A stretch of DNA of 64,000 nucleotides from Epiperipatus broadwayi (GCA_028023455.1 JAQFVV010000009.1:7068001-7132000); one strand, 5' to 3'; numbered from the stretch's first letter, positions 1-13,726 are shown. Numbers and translations are program-made. Notes: generated from the sequence alone by a model not told the origin.

Positions 1-4
1 TACA

Positions 5-140
5 AAGAACCAAAGACTGTGCGTAACTCACTTATGGAAATCAGAGACTATTCAAACCACTATGAAAACCAGAGACTATTTAAACCGTTCATGGCAACCA
101 GAGACTGTATTCAAACTACAGATATAAACCAGAAACTGTG
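5..140. repeat. Degenerate ~30-bp minisatellite (4-5 units)
   Basis: Recurring unit cagagact(a/g)t(t)caaac..tatg.aaac at about 30-bp spacing; runs off the window start. Confidence 0.7.
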
Positions 141-486
141 TTGTACTTATACCTAGGTAATTATTATCCGTGATGTCATTATTAAAACTTAAAAATTTAA
201 ATACTAATATTAAAAGTTAAAATCTTGCCCTGAATAGAACTCATAAGCATTCATATTTGTTAAATGTATAATATCTCTTACATGTTTTATATTTTATTAT
301 TTTTCTTCTTCTTATTGTCTGTAAATAAATTGATGTAAATTATTAGTGTTGTTTATGTCTCTCTCCATTTATCCAAGTAAATGTGTTGCCAATCTCATGT
401 TTAAGAACTAGCCATGGGTCAAGTGCTTGAAACGTGTTAGTGACAGTTCTTGGGTTCCAGTGTAAGTATTGGATGGTGTTTTGGGT

Positions 487-960
487 TTAAACCCGTTATA
501 GTAGCAAGGAAAATAGTTTATTGTTTAAGGCTCGAATGGGATCTTTAGCAACAAGGGAATATACATGCAAATGGAAAAAATATGGGTGATTTAGTCTGCA
601 AGTTGTGTAAGGAAGGCATAGAAAATATTAGGCATCTGTTAATTCAATGTAAATGCTTGAAAGCAGAAAGGGTGCAAATAATGAAGTTATGGAAGAATAA
701 ATATGAACAATGTGATTATACAGAAAGTGGTGGGTTATTGGTTTTTATGCTGGATTTGGGAAAAGATAAGGGGGATTTAGATATGAAGGCCATGAAGTTG
801 ACAAAGATTATGTTGTGGAAATGGGATGGAGCAGATTATGGGAAAACTTAGGGTGGGGAATAAAAAGGGTAGGTAAAGTGGCTAACAGGTTTCTCTGGAC
901 ATAGTTGCTGTGAGATTCCTGACTCCGTATAAGAAGTCACAGTGCATCACATAGAAATTT
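487..960 (+). mobile_element. 5'-truncated LINE 3' end, same family as the 49.3-53.1 kb LINE
   Basis: ORF 582-851 has the zinc-knuckle CKLCKEGIENIRHLLIQC (C-x2-C-x7-H-x4-C). Nucleotides align by eye with 52687-53100 (aggaaaatagttta.tgtttaaggctc; gattatacagaaagtg; aaacttagggtgg). Confidence 0.85.
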
Positions 961-2829
961 TGATTTACGGTGATAAATGATATAAATGCTGCCAGCTAGA
1001 TCCTGGGAGAGAAAGAGATCTTAAACATTGTTCAGACAATTCAGTGACAGTACACAGAAACATATATAATGATTAATAATACTTAGATTTATTGAATAAA
1101 ATTTTAATAAGAAGTTCACCTCGTATTTGTCTGAGAGTGCACATGAATATTGTAACCTCAAACACTTCTACAGATAATTTTGTTTTTTCACCTAAACTTA
1201 TAGGGAATTATAATGACCTTTTCTGCCATCGATTTATCTACATTATGCTTTCTTTGATTTCTGTTTTTCTTTCTTTAGGGATTTTTAGTAAAGGCGATTT
1301 TAAACGGAAGTTAACCCACACTGTGGAGTGATCTTTTTTTAATGCGTTAAAGATTTCGGGACCAAAAGAAGGACATCCGGTGCTCCTTAAGCACTCATAA
1401 GGGCTCGCCTTTATTATATGGTCCTTAAGGTTACCTCTATACAAGTAGAGAGAAAAAATTATGGTTTAAAAAAATTTAATGTAATAAAAACAAAATCTCA
1501 TGCTCTATACGCATACAAGAAAAACAGAGCTACATAATTGATAAATCACCAGCCACAAGATCTACAATCTGCAAGAAACTTAGACACACTTTAAACTAAA
1601 TTAATTTCAAATGAAAAGGGATAGATGATCTTAAAAGGAAAATGACTATTATTTGCCAAAGCTTATAACACAAATATTAATGTAAAAACAATAGTATAAC
1701 ATAACTTACAATACACTTTCTGACAAAACGATAAAAAAGTAAGATCTTGAACTAATTTCCTACAATTTATAGATTCCATAAAAGAAAATATATATAATAA
1801 AAAATATTTATAAATCGATTAATGATATTTAAACTTCTACTTAATAAGCCTATCATATGTTTTTTTTTTTCTTTTCTTTAAGTATTAAATTGAGACTTGG
1901 ACCTGGTTTACAATATAAGAATGTTTGATTACCTTCACAGCTTCAATGTATCCTTCTGATTTATTTCCATGGTGTGCATAAGGTTGAGTTTCTGTAAGTG
2001 TACACTGCTATTGCTTTGGATCCCCAGTGAGCTGATTACAGAGTACAAAGGCCAATTTCAGGATCAGCTTTGAACTAGGAAATTAGGACATGTTAGTGAT
2101 GACATAATGTAGAACTCCAGGGTTTATTTTAAAATGATTTTAGCATGGCATACTTACAATCTTTTTCTTTGAGTCTAGTAGTTTTGGCATTCTGAATTGA
2201 TGATCGTTATCTCCAACAATAATCGTATTCTCTTCCTTTTTTTAAAGTCAGTTTTCAGGATAGAAGCATATATAAATAATAACAACTGGGCAATCTTTTT
2301 TCTTTTTCAATGGTTTCTTTAACAGTTAGCTATCATAACTATCTAAAATTATCAATTAGCAAACATCAATCATCAGTAATCTGCAATTAGAAAAATTAAA
2401 TCTCAATCAAAAAACAAAAACAGCTTTTATATTCTATTTTTATCTCCTGCCAAATCTTAATTAAAAATATAACCAGCACCAGATTTTTACTTTTCTTTTT
2501 AAATACCACTTAAATTTTTAATTAATTAGAAAACCACTCTCAGCTTTTAAAATAAAATTTTAGTTGGGTTTAATCTCAATAGTTTTAAAATCAAGACAAA
2601 AGGAAATTATCTTAACTAAAATCTTTTGAAAGTAAAATTATATAATTTCAAAATCTAATTGGATGTGTGTTCTATATATCTACTTATAATAGCACACACT
2701 CTTACAAAACAAAAAAATATATAACAAACTACAAGGCTTTATATAACTTTTTTTTTTCTTTTTTTTAAAATGTTGACTTTTGAAGCAGAGAAAGTTTCTA
2801 GTTCAATATGTAGAAATAAAAACAAATAA

Positions 2830-3250
2830 TATTATAGTGAATAAGTTTAATAAAATTATAAAGAAGATTAATAAGAAATGCAAAAAGATAATATAAAAAT
2901 AGTTAATAAAAAAAGAAAAAAAACTCAAATTTACTGAATAACAAATACATAAGATATAATAAAGAAATGATTTATGGAATATATATTACAACATGCAAAC
3001 AATGATGAGGTAGTGGGACTGAAAACAGATATGTGAGAGAAGGTAAAAATTCTTTAAAAGCAAGGTTAAAACAACATGTCAGATAATAAATCACTGATAT
3101 ATATACATATGAAGAATACAGGACACAAATTTGCAGAAAGTTCAATAAAAATGGTGTTATGTACAGACAGTATTAAAGAATGAAAAATAAAAGAAGCATT
3201 ACTAATAAAAAAGATAAAACCAAGATTTATGAGATTCTGGAATTAGGCTG
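2830..3250 (+). mobile_element. Penelope-like element remnant, GIY-YIG endonuclease region
   Basis: Frameshifted fragments IYGIYITTC, GKNSLKARLKQH, IYIHMKNTGHKF and KIKEALLIKKIKP match the PLE pattern VYxIxCxC...GETxRxLxxRxxEH...HxxxxGHxF...EAxxIxxxxP. Confidence 0.7.
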
Positions 3251-3662
3251 ACATTATTATAAATATATTTCTTTAAAAAATATATATGTATAAAGTGAAA
3301 GTTATTTATAAATAAATTATGTATTTGTAAAAAATGTTTACATAGGTGTATAAATATGAATACATAATACTATTTTTGAGATAAAAAACTTAAAATAATA
3401 TTCAAGTATAAAACAGTATAATATAAAATATAAATTTATAATGAAGAATTATATATAATAAAGAAGGTTACATAAGATATGGATTAGCAAGTTAAATTGT
3501 TTAAATAAAAAGTATGTATAAATATATGTATAAATAAAAATAATTGTAATGATTATAGATATAGTTAGTTTAAATAATATGTAATAGAGAGAGCTATAGT
3601 ATAAGATAATTATTATTATTTTTTTTAAAAAAAGTTTTTTTTAAAGTTTTAAGAAATTTATA

Positions 3663-3906
3663 CTGTGGCCGCTAAGTGATGCTGCAGTAACATCAAGAAA
3701 CATGCAAGCGATAATTTTTCTATCCAAAAATTGCTGAAATCGATGTAAAATTAAAATGCATAAGGCAAGACACCCACGAAGTCTTGTTAAATTAAAACAC
3801 CTAAGGCAAGACATCCAAATCCAGTAAAAAGTCAAGTAGAAAAATTATTGTTTGCATGTTTCTTGGTGGTTCTTGATGGTACTGCAGCACCACCTAGCGG
3901 CCATAG
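3663..3906. mobile_element. 244-bp MITE with ~60-bp imperfect TIRs and TA target duplication (Tc1/mariner-type)
   Basis: ctgtggccgctaagtgatgctgcagtaacatcaagaaacatgcaa at 3663 is complementary to ttgcatgtttcttg...gtactgcagcaccacctagcggccatag ending at 3906; TA at 3661-3662 and 3907-3908. Confidence 0.85.
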
Positions 3907-3914
3907 TACACTTA

Positions 3915-4320
3915 TCCGATAACTACCTTTTATTTATATCTTTCATAATCTTTTTAATTTTAGAAAAAGTATTTTTTGATACATTATAACTACTATATAA
4001 AATTTCTTGCTTATCTTTCTTTTTACTCAAATCCCTTATTATTTTTTCAATATTTTTCTTTCCACATAATGTTTTAATAATTTTAATTGGATAATCATTT
4101 TTCATTGCCTATTATTCATTTTTTCCTTAAATAAATTTTCTCCTGAATACAAATTTTTTCATCTAATTAGTCTATTATTAACAATATTTATTTTATGTAC
4201 ATATTTTATATCTGATTTCTCATTACTTAATAATCCATAAAAAATACCCTTCCTAAATATACTTGTCTCAATATTTATTCTATATAATTTTTTATGACCT
4301 TTTTAATGCTAACATCCATA
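3915..4320 (-). mobile_element. Penelope-like element remnant, RT thumb/linker region
   Basis: Minus strand gives MDVSIK...ETSIFRKG...MKNDYPIKIIK, resembling the PLE FLDVxI...TxVYRK...NGYPxxxI region (ORF 3923-4105). Confidence 0.55.
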
Positions 4321-4487
4321 TAATTCATTTATTAATTTGGGAATAATAAAATTATAGTTTTAATTTATAAGGAATTGTAATAATTAGGGGATTGTACATA
4401 TAGTCTATATTTATTTTATATTATTTTATTTGGTTTTAATTTCATTTTATAACATTTAATTTATTTTAATGTTTTGATATATTTTAT

Positions 4488-5710
4488 GGTACGTACTTAG
4501 TATGCCTGCTGGAAGCTTGCCAGTCATTTTATGGTAAATAATCCATTTTCAGGGCACCCAACGCATGGTATAAACAATATGGTTGAGTATCGTATTTAAT
4601 ATTTAGTTTTTTGTTCATTTATTGAAATGATAAATAAAAGAAACATAAAAAGTTGTAATTAATCTTTTTTTTTTTAATGTAAATTCATTATTCTAGCTGT
4701 AAATTAATCTCAGTGCACTCACAAACAATATTTTGGAGCTTTTCTAACCACATTCCTTTCCAAAAATATCATTGCATACGTTTGCACATAAAATATATTG
4801 TATCTATTATAACACACACTTATCGGTCGGGCACTAGCCTGTTATTTAGAAAATATTCCACTGCATCCTATTCTGTCAATGAAAGATTCCAAATTTTAAT
4901 CACATTTCCAAAAATTATAAGGTAAAAAAAGAATATTAAGAAAATCATGTATTAACGAATGTGTCGCCTCGTGTTAGCATTTAGATGTTATGTTGTGAAT
5001 GGAATTTATTAAAAAATGTATTGAAATTTTTTAAAATTAACATTCTATTTAGAATACATTTGTTAATATTTTTTTAAAGTTAACAAGCTATACATGTTTG
5101 AGGAAAAAAAAACTTAATATTCAGGTTGAAATATTTGTTTATATTTTTTTTTTCTCAAAATTTTTTTCTCGAACATGTATAACTTGTTAATTGTAAAAAA
5201 TATTAACAAATGTATTCTAAATTGTCTGTTAATTTTAAAAAAATTGAATATATTTTAAAATAAATTCCATTCACAACATAACATCTAAATGTATTAACCA
5301 ATGATGATTTGTTAAACATTCCTTTTTTTCCTTATCATTTTTAAAAATATGATTAAAATTTGGAATCTTTCATCGACCGAACAAGATGCAGTGGAATATT
5401 TTTAAAATTACAGAATGTCTGCCCGAAAAGTGTGTTTTATAATGGGCACGATTTGACTCAAAAGGAATGTGGTTAGAAGGCTTCAAAATGTCATTTGTGA
5501 GTACACAGGTTAGTTTACAGCTAGTGTAAATTATAACCTTTTGGACTTTTGTGTTTCTTTTATTTATCATTTTAATAAATAAATAAAAAAGTAAATATTG
5601 AATACGATAGTCAGGCATATTGTTTATATCATATTTTGGGAGCTCCTGAAAATGGATTATTTAAAATAAAACAGCTGGCACGTTTCCAGCAGGCATACTA
5701 TGTTAGTACC
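4488..5710. mobile_element. 1.22-kb palindromic (foldback) element, Merlin/ISXO2-like
   Basis: Two ~600-bp imperfect arms around a centre near 5125; termini GGTAC (4488) and GTACC (5710). Both arms carry a decayed WNLSxTEQDAVEYF..LP..xC.NGHD fragment resembling ISXO2/Merlin transposase N-termini. No clear TSD. Confidence 0.7.
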
Positions 5711-5749
5711 ATAATTATTTTATTTATTGATTACATTTTTCTTTGTCAT

Positions 5750-5805
5750 AATATAGTTCTGAGGAAGACTGCAGGATAGTTGAAACATCAGATTATGTGT
5801 CTATA
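5750..5805 (+). ncRNA. Degenerate Penelope-type hammerhead-like motif
   Basis: CTGAGGA-agactgcaggatagtt-GAAACA...TGTC. Flanking atatag/ctatat could form stem I only with a 2-nt offset. Follows an AT-rich tail typical of PLE ends. Confidence 0.3.
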
Positions 5806-7610
5806 TATATACAATTAATTTTTTTTTGCTAAAAGCAGTGAAATAAGGTGTAGAAATTGCATTAACATAAACTGGAAAATGTTTTTAAAATGAAAAATTT
5901 TAAATTCATTGTCTACTTTAATTTATTTGTAATTTTTCATTACTAAGTGGCAAAAAAAAAATAAAAATAATAATAATAATTGAAATTTGCCTTGATGTTT
6001 TTTTCAAAAACTGGTCTAATATCAAAGTGACTGCCTTTTCATGAAAATTATATTGAAGATAAACTTTTCCATTTTGCATAGAAGTAAGAATATATAATTA
6101 TAAATGAATTTATATGACTTTTTAGCAATTCAACACATTTAGAAAGAGGATTCACATTGTTTTATAAGGATAAACATCTAATATTGAATTTATTATCAGT
6201 CAAATAAAGATGTCTACATTTCATCCTATACAAATATATATAACAAATAGAATGTACCCATGTGTTTGCATAAGAGTAGCTATGGCACCCAATATTTTAC
6301 AACAAAACAAAAAAACCATTAAAAAAAACCATTGATACAAAATATTGAGAATATCTGGATATCGGTTAGACAGAGAATATGTGCATAATTGTCTGGTTAT
6401 GCACACCTAGCAAGGATGAATAACCCCATTTATAGTTAAACAAGTTAATAGAGAGTTTATCATAAAAGTCTGGCTTCATAATAAAAATGTTAAACTATAA
6501 CGGATACTAAACAGTAAACCCACATAGCATCGCACACAGCGCATATACCTATAGGTATTATTATTGTAAAGATGGAACTAAACGTATATATATATATAAG
6601 TACATGCCTCTAAAACACTAATGTCTTCATCATTCTGCCAATTTGATTTATGGATGGCTGTCTTCGTTGTAATAATAATTATTTAAGGGGAGGAATCTTT
6701 TGCCTTAGTATGACCTAAATTCATGAGTGAAGTATGCTTCAGTAGCTCTATATCCATTGCATCACATAGTCTTCCCATTTAATATGAATTGACTCCAGGT
6801 GGCTGGCGTATATCCAGTATTCACGAAATGGCTCAATAAAGTAATTCGGAAAGTTAAAGATAGATATGAATACTATCACTAAGTACTACTGTAAGGAATA
6901 CAGTCAAACTGACCCTAGTATTAAAGCCTGATTAAAATTTCGTACATAGATATAGGACCTCTATATGCTATTAGAGTAAAGATTCATTATTAAAATTAAA
7001 TAACCCCCTCTCTCTTTCAAAAATCATCAAATTAAACAGACGCGCATATAGATTAGATTCTTACCCATAGTACAATTAAATAATAAATGTTATTATTTAA
7101 CTACGTATTTGCCCATAGATTTAAAAAACATTTAATTACACAATATATATTTATGTAAAGTTCGCAATGTATTTCACTCCCCTTTCTGAATGGGAAAACA
7201 GCATTGAAGGTGGATGAAAGTTGTCTTTGAGTTAAAATGAATTCTATAATTAAAGAAATAGGTTTCATCTTAAATAATGAGAGAAGGGTAGAATTTTAAA
7301 ATGTTTTAATTTTTATTTGAAATTTTTCTATCATCTAACTTCTCATCTTTATACTCTACATATATATTAATAATCACTTCAAATAAAACAAAAGACAGTT
7401 GGTATTTTTGCATGTACATCAATATGCGATACATATATAAAAACAAAGAGAAAAAATAGTTAATCTCTATAATACGTACATTAATATTATCTATATGATA
7501 CAAGAAGAATAGTTGATACCTATAATACTTGAACCAAGGCTATGTTATAGATATAAAATAAACAACCAAAAAAAGAAACAAAACAAGAAAAATGAAGATA
7601 AAAATATTAC

Positions 7611-7887
7611 CGGTTAACAAAGCAACATGCTTATATGAATGAACTTTCTTAAAGAGTGGTAGATCACAAGTTGGTGACTGAAGCTTTATAAATATGGATG
7701 GGATACATTTGATGACTGTTGAGGTTTTAGACCAAAGGTCTGGTGCTTCATTTTGTAGTTTCGATAGACCTGATTTTTCAATGTAGCTAAGATAGATCTT
7801 CAAGCATGACTCTGCGGTCTTCTGCTGGATTCCTTCTCTTGGATGCCCTTCTGAGACAGACTCATAGGAGGGTGGAGGTGAGCTCTT
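7611..7887 (-). other. Possible coding exon of unknown gene, or TE fragment; 92 open codons
   Basis: Locally GC-richer open frame KSSPPPSYESVSEGHPREG...HVALLT, bounded by AG (7889-7888) and G|GTAATA (7610). No partner exons could be tied to it. Confidence 0.25.
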
Positions 7888-8599
7888 CTACTCTGTCAAA
7901 ATTCACCGAGATTAGTCAAAAATTTTAAGAATACAACCTTTTTCTACAAGAAGCTTAGAGTGTATATATCTGTCGTCGTTCCCTCTTTTAACACTTGGAA
8001 ATCCTTTATGTTTTCTCTCCTTTTCCCTTTTCTGATAATGATCTGTTCAGACCTACTTTTAACATTAATGGAAGTCCAACAATGCTTCCCCAGTATAAAA
8101 CATCTTATAAGCATTTAATATTTCCAAATGCTATTTTTAGTACTGTTTTATGTTTTCGTCATTTTTAAAAAAATTGATGCAAGGCTAAATTTAGCCAGAA
8201 AGGAGTTCACCTGGAACTATTGCTTTATTATTTATTAGTTTGATCAACATATTACTTTTTACATCTAAAGAATTTCTCATTTATTTTATTTTAAATGTTT
8301 CCTTCTTTTTTTTCTCTCTCTCTCTTTTTAATTGCATTTAGCCTACGCCCATACCTAGAATAAATATATATATTTTCTAATTGTATATACTTTAGTAAAT
8401 TTTTTTATCTCATATTTCTTTTCATTGACTGTAGTTGACTTGAGAGTCAATAGGTTAAGAAATAGTAAATGGTAAAGCACACACACACACACATATATAT
8501 ATATATGAAAAACAAAAACAAGTTATTCACATAACTTGCTATCACTTGTTATTTATGATCAATAGATGGCGTTTTACCAAAACCACCGAAACAAGTGTA

Positions 8600-11500
8600 A
8601 AATTTGTTTACATAAACGACAAAAGAGTCAGAATTAACTATCTCTTTCATATAAGTATAGCTTCAATGTAAAGCTTCTATTATTGTTTTCATAACAGATT
8701 TTTTATTTAATCTATCAAAATTATTTGCAATAAATTTCCCAAAACATTTTTCATTTACCTTTTATATATAAGATCTGGATGTTCATTTATCATAGATTGT
8801 ATTATTTTGTTTTTTTTCTTGCCCAAATTAATAATGGCATATAATATCATTTATAGATAGGCCCATAAGTCATTCTTTTTATTGTATAGTCTGTCTCAAA
8901 TCATCATTCCAAATCCTTCTCCATTTAATAAAAGTAGTGCATAATCAAATTATTACTTTCTTAATTGACGACCTGTTTATTGATCCATAAAATTTTGCAA
9001 CATCAAATGAAGTTATTCTGCAATTGTTCTTAATTTTGTATATTTATATTATGTTAACAACATTAAGTAATAAGCTTAAAGGCATTTATTTTTCTGTATC
9101 TAACTAAATTGATTGATTTTTTTTAAAACTATTATGAAGCCACATTTGCAATATTATTTTCCCCTTAAAGATGATTATTTTTATATTAATTGAACATCAG
9201 CAAACATTCTTAATAGATTTGGAGAATGAGAGAATATTATTACATTTTTTTTTTTTTTTTATATATTTTATTAAGATATTTTTCTTAATACATTTATAAA
9301 TGTATCTTTAGCATCATTGATATTTTATTTATGTTTTGGAATTTTAATATCAAAACTCACTATACGTATTGCCACACACAGCAAGCTAGAGTGATTAATC
9401 ATTGGATGCCAGAAGGCTTGTGCATAAAATCCCTATCTAGTGCCTACTCATCCAATATCCCCAGACTAGTTTCTGGCTTGTGGCCTTCATGCTGTGTGTG
9501 GCAATACGTATAGTGAGTTTTGCCTGTTTTAATAACAGCTATAAGCAAGCATAAAAAATGGTGATCATGTGATGTTTATTGAATTTTAATATCTTAAGTT
9601 GTTAAGTCAATTTTTCTTTATATATTTCGAAATTCATTAGAATAAATCTATTCTTTTGTTATTTCTAAACATATTTTTAAATTTTTTTATTATTTTATTA
9701 AAAAAGCATGATTTATCTATATATTCAAAGGATATTTTTAATCAAAGGACAAATATTTTATAATTAAATCCATTTTAATTAAATAAATAGATATGTTCTA
9801 TTCTAATTTGTTAACCATGGGTATGATATGTAACCATAATTAATATAAGTTGAAATTTTGCTATTTCTAAAATAAACTATTCGATGAAAACACAGAATAA
9901 TTATTTATATTGCTTTCTGTCATTGCTATTTCAATGCAGAATAGCTTCTGAGTTTAATCCACTTTATGTGAACCATAGCCATTTTTCTTTACATCATTTC
10001 GGCAAACTTATTATCTCATTCATTCATCTCACATGTATCCTCTTAAGTCTTTTGGATTGAATTTACACTTAAGACTTCAATTGCCCGTCTAGCAATACTT
10101 GTTATTTTGACTCTCGTGAATTTTTTCCATTTTCTCTTATTAATCCTAGTATATATTTTTTTTATTGTGGTATGTGGTATGCAATCTATATTTTGGCTCA
10201 AGTCTATAAATAATCACTGACATCTATTGTAATCAATCATGCTCATTGAGACATATTTTTAATAAGTTTTTTTAAGGTTAAATTTTTCTCTAAATAATTT
10301 TTTAAAAATTATATATATAAAGAAGCATGGAAATTTTTATGAGAACATGAACAACATCTTTTGCATATGTTAATTCTGTAAATTTATCTTCTAATGTTTA
10401 TCAGATTAATTCACTAAGCACTCAAGAGTTTAACATTCCTATGGATGACTAGTGGTTAGTTTTTTTGCAGTCCTTGTTGTCTTTACATCTTCTTTAAACA
10501 ATTATGAATAATACTTCTACTGTATTTTATAATTTGAATTTTAATAATTCAGAAGTTATGAACTTGTTAATATATTTGAAAAATAAACAAAAAATTAAAG
10601 TTTTACTGATAAAATCTTATTTGAATAATGTCATTTTTCAGACTATGAATTGTATTAATAATCAGTCTATATCTGTTGAAGGTGACTTCCAACATGTATA
10701 CTTACTTAACATTTTCTATTCTCTCCATGTTATGATGAGAACTGACATATGGAAGCTACTAATATTTTGAATATTAACGATACTTTATTTTTAAGAATTA
10801 AAAATAAAAACTAATTCAAGTTCCTCTAATAAAATGTTTAATCTCTATCAAATTTACAAGATAATAAAAATTTACTTGCTGAACATATTTCTGCAAATAT
10901 ATCTTATATTATACCAAAAACATAAAATAAAAATAATATTGCATAATACTTCTTTTAAAATGATAATGCTACATAGGTTATTGATTTGAGTATTGAAATT
11001 GCAAATCAAAATTTTTTTTTTTCCCAAAACTTTAATTCTGAATGACTATTGGAAATATATTTTTGTTTATAATTTGTTGCCAACTTATATCTATTATTAA
11101 CTTTATTGAAGATTATAATATACTGGTAATCAATATTATTTTGTCTATTTCAGATTATCTTATTGAGCTACAAAAACATAATCACATTAAGATATTGAAA
11201 TATATAATTATATTTGTAATTAAATTTCTTTTAGCATTGGAATATTTTATCAAATAACAATATGAGTGAGATTATTCCACCTGATTTATTGGTAATGGAT
11301 TTCTAAAAAGTATTGAAAACATTGCGTAATTGCTAGAATTTTCTGAAAGTTAATTTGTTAATATACTGTTTAAAATTGCCATTGATATATGTAGAGTCTA
11401 TTAAAATGAAATGACCATTCAGCAAATAAATTATCTCTGTCCATCTTTATGATATAATTTCAATAATCATCAGCATTTACAATCACCAACTTTATTGTTT

Positions 11501-12600
11501 TAAATGTGCCAAGATCACAAAACTTTATATTATATATTGCATGATATCTATAGAAAATGTAGTTAAATTGATATTATTATCATCTCTTAGTGCTAATAAT
11601 AGGCAAGTGAAATGTATTAGGTTATACTTCTGTATTATTCCAGTTTTCCAATATTTTGAAATTTATTGACTAATCAAACTATGCAAGAAAATATCACAAA
11701 CCATTACTTATATAATCTTTTTTTGACATATAGTAGTAAATCTTCTTTAATGTCTTAATATCTTTTGTGTCATTGGATTCATTTGAAATTCAGCTGAATA
11801 ATAACCTCATCAACATAAAATTTCCACTTTTATGAACAATAATTATTAGTATATTTATTAATGTCATAGTTAATATGATAATTAAGTCAGCAAATAATTG
11901 TAACCAAATGTTCCAATAACTAAACTGTTTACAGCCTATCATTTATCATTGCCTAATTTAGGGATTATTAACCCTAGAAGAAGTTGGAAAATGAGATTTC
12001 TATTTTTTATTTTAATAATTAGCTTTGATAATAATTGATGAGATTTGGCTGGACAATGGAAAAATAATTTGGTAAAGTATATTTTAATTGTAATTTAAAT
12101 ATGTCAACAAATAATTTTCAGTCTTAATTTTACCTCAGAATTGTTCATTTAAAACAATTTATGACTGCTCATCTTTATGACAAACTGATAATTATTAAAA
12201 CAAAAAATTTCTTTTTTAATTTCTCGAATCTTTTTTGTAGCTCGTAATTATAATCCTATATTATGCAAATTGTCTGCTGATTTTAATTAAAATAATCCTT
12301 GATTAAGCTATAGCTTAATATAAACTTTGCATTTATTGCTATTTCTTATTTTGAATCACGAAGTTTCTTGGTCTCTTAACATGAATATTAGTTTGTAGTT
12401 TGTCCAAGATTATGTAAAATCTTTCATATTTTGTTAAATCTACACAAAATAATTTTAGGTAATTCATTTTTATGCCTAAAGGATTTCTCTATTACTTACT
12501 GACATTGATTAAGAATAGACCTTAAAGTCAAATCAGTTACAGTTACATATGCATTTATTTCCTTGCAATATCTTCATTTATTCTTATATTTATATTATCA
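8600..12600 (-). mobile_element. Highly decayed non-LTR retrotransposon (APE-RT, possibly RNase H)
   Basis: Scattered minus-strand fragments in the expected order: GDFN-like (~12520), SDHN-like (~12420), YRPISLL-like (~11600), YxLxVTFN (~10690), IKWRRIWND (~8920). No intact ORF. Confidence 0.4.
9352..9580 (-). mobile_element. R1 repeat copy with 33-bp perfect foldback and 13-bp TSD
   Basis: 9351-9383 and 9490-9522 are perfect reverse complements. gaattttaatatc occurs at 9339-9351 and 9581-9593. Interior nearly identical to 22640-22733. Confidence 0.9.
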
Positions 12601-13726
12601 GTATTGACTGTACAACTTTTCTAATGCTGTAAATACAGTATAGTAAAATATAAACACATTATACTATATATGTACAACAAAATTATCTTTATATATATCT
12701 CACCTTTATATATATATATATATCTCACCTTACATTATAATAATTTTTTACACATTATATCTTCTATAGTTAGCATTTATACACATGTAATATCTTTATT
12801 GTCAAATAAAAATGTACATGATTCAGCAAATAGCATGATTTAATCTGTTTTCATAAGCAATCTCAAACTTATATTATACAAATATCTTAGAAAATTGTTG
12901 TAACTTATGTAATGCAATTGTAATATTTGATATTTTTAATAAAATATGTCAGCTTATTGGGTTTTTTAAAAATTTGATCATAAAAAACTATCTTTTAAAA
13001 AAAAAAAATCAGGATTAGTTTAACACATACAAATAAGCACTTAGATTTATATCTAAAAGTAACATGCTTAAGTGTTATGGTATTCAGCTATTTTTTAAAT
13101 TTCTTCATTAGTTTAAAATGGGAATATTTTTTTAATCTTAAATATAGGTAGACATGATATCAATTTAAAAAATTATATTCTGTAGAAACTACTATTTAAA
13201 TTATTAATAATTTATAGATGGGCTCATTATTTTATTGTTGTAATTCATTAAATATATTATTGTTAACAAAATATAGTTTTGAAATCGCTAGCCATCACTT
13301 AGATTTCGCTCTTTTCTTATAAATAAAACGATAATTTTTCTTAATTTAAAAAAAAAAAAAAAAGGTAAGATAATCACTTGTAGATTACATTTATTAAAAC
13401 ACTTTTTTCTACCAAAATCACTTCATTTAAGTTTAATTCTACAAGCAATTTCCTTACACTTCCATTTATACTGATAATTTGACATACGATATTTATAATT
13501 ATTAAAGTTTCATAATTTGTTATTATTAATCTTTTATTTTTTGAAAATGTATGACTATTACTTTAGCCTTTTTACCTTTTATTTTTAGTCCTAGTTTTTG
13601 ATTTATCTAATAGCTCTTATAATATTTTCTGGAAACTCTGAAGCATCATTTTCAAAAATAATTACATAATCTGCAAAGTCTAGATGATGTAATCAGCCAT
13701 ACTTAACCTGCAGCTAGCTGAGATTT

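Noticed and set aside
400-455. Stem aagaact/agttctt enclosing GAAACGT as a hammerhead
   Set aside because: No CUGANGA core.
1238-1444. Minus-strand ORF (GNLKDH...GPEIFNALKK) as a host exon
   Set aside because: No recognisable protein or linked exon. GPEIFNAL loosely resembles the GPRLFNxLP tail of CR1/L2 LINEs, too weakly to call either way.
1933-2074. Exon-like segment with AG/GT ends on - (and a 53-nt candidate on +)
   Set aside because: All three minus frames contain stops and the + candidate has no homology support; likely TE decay.
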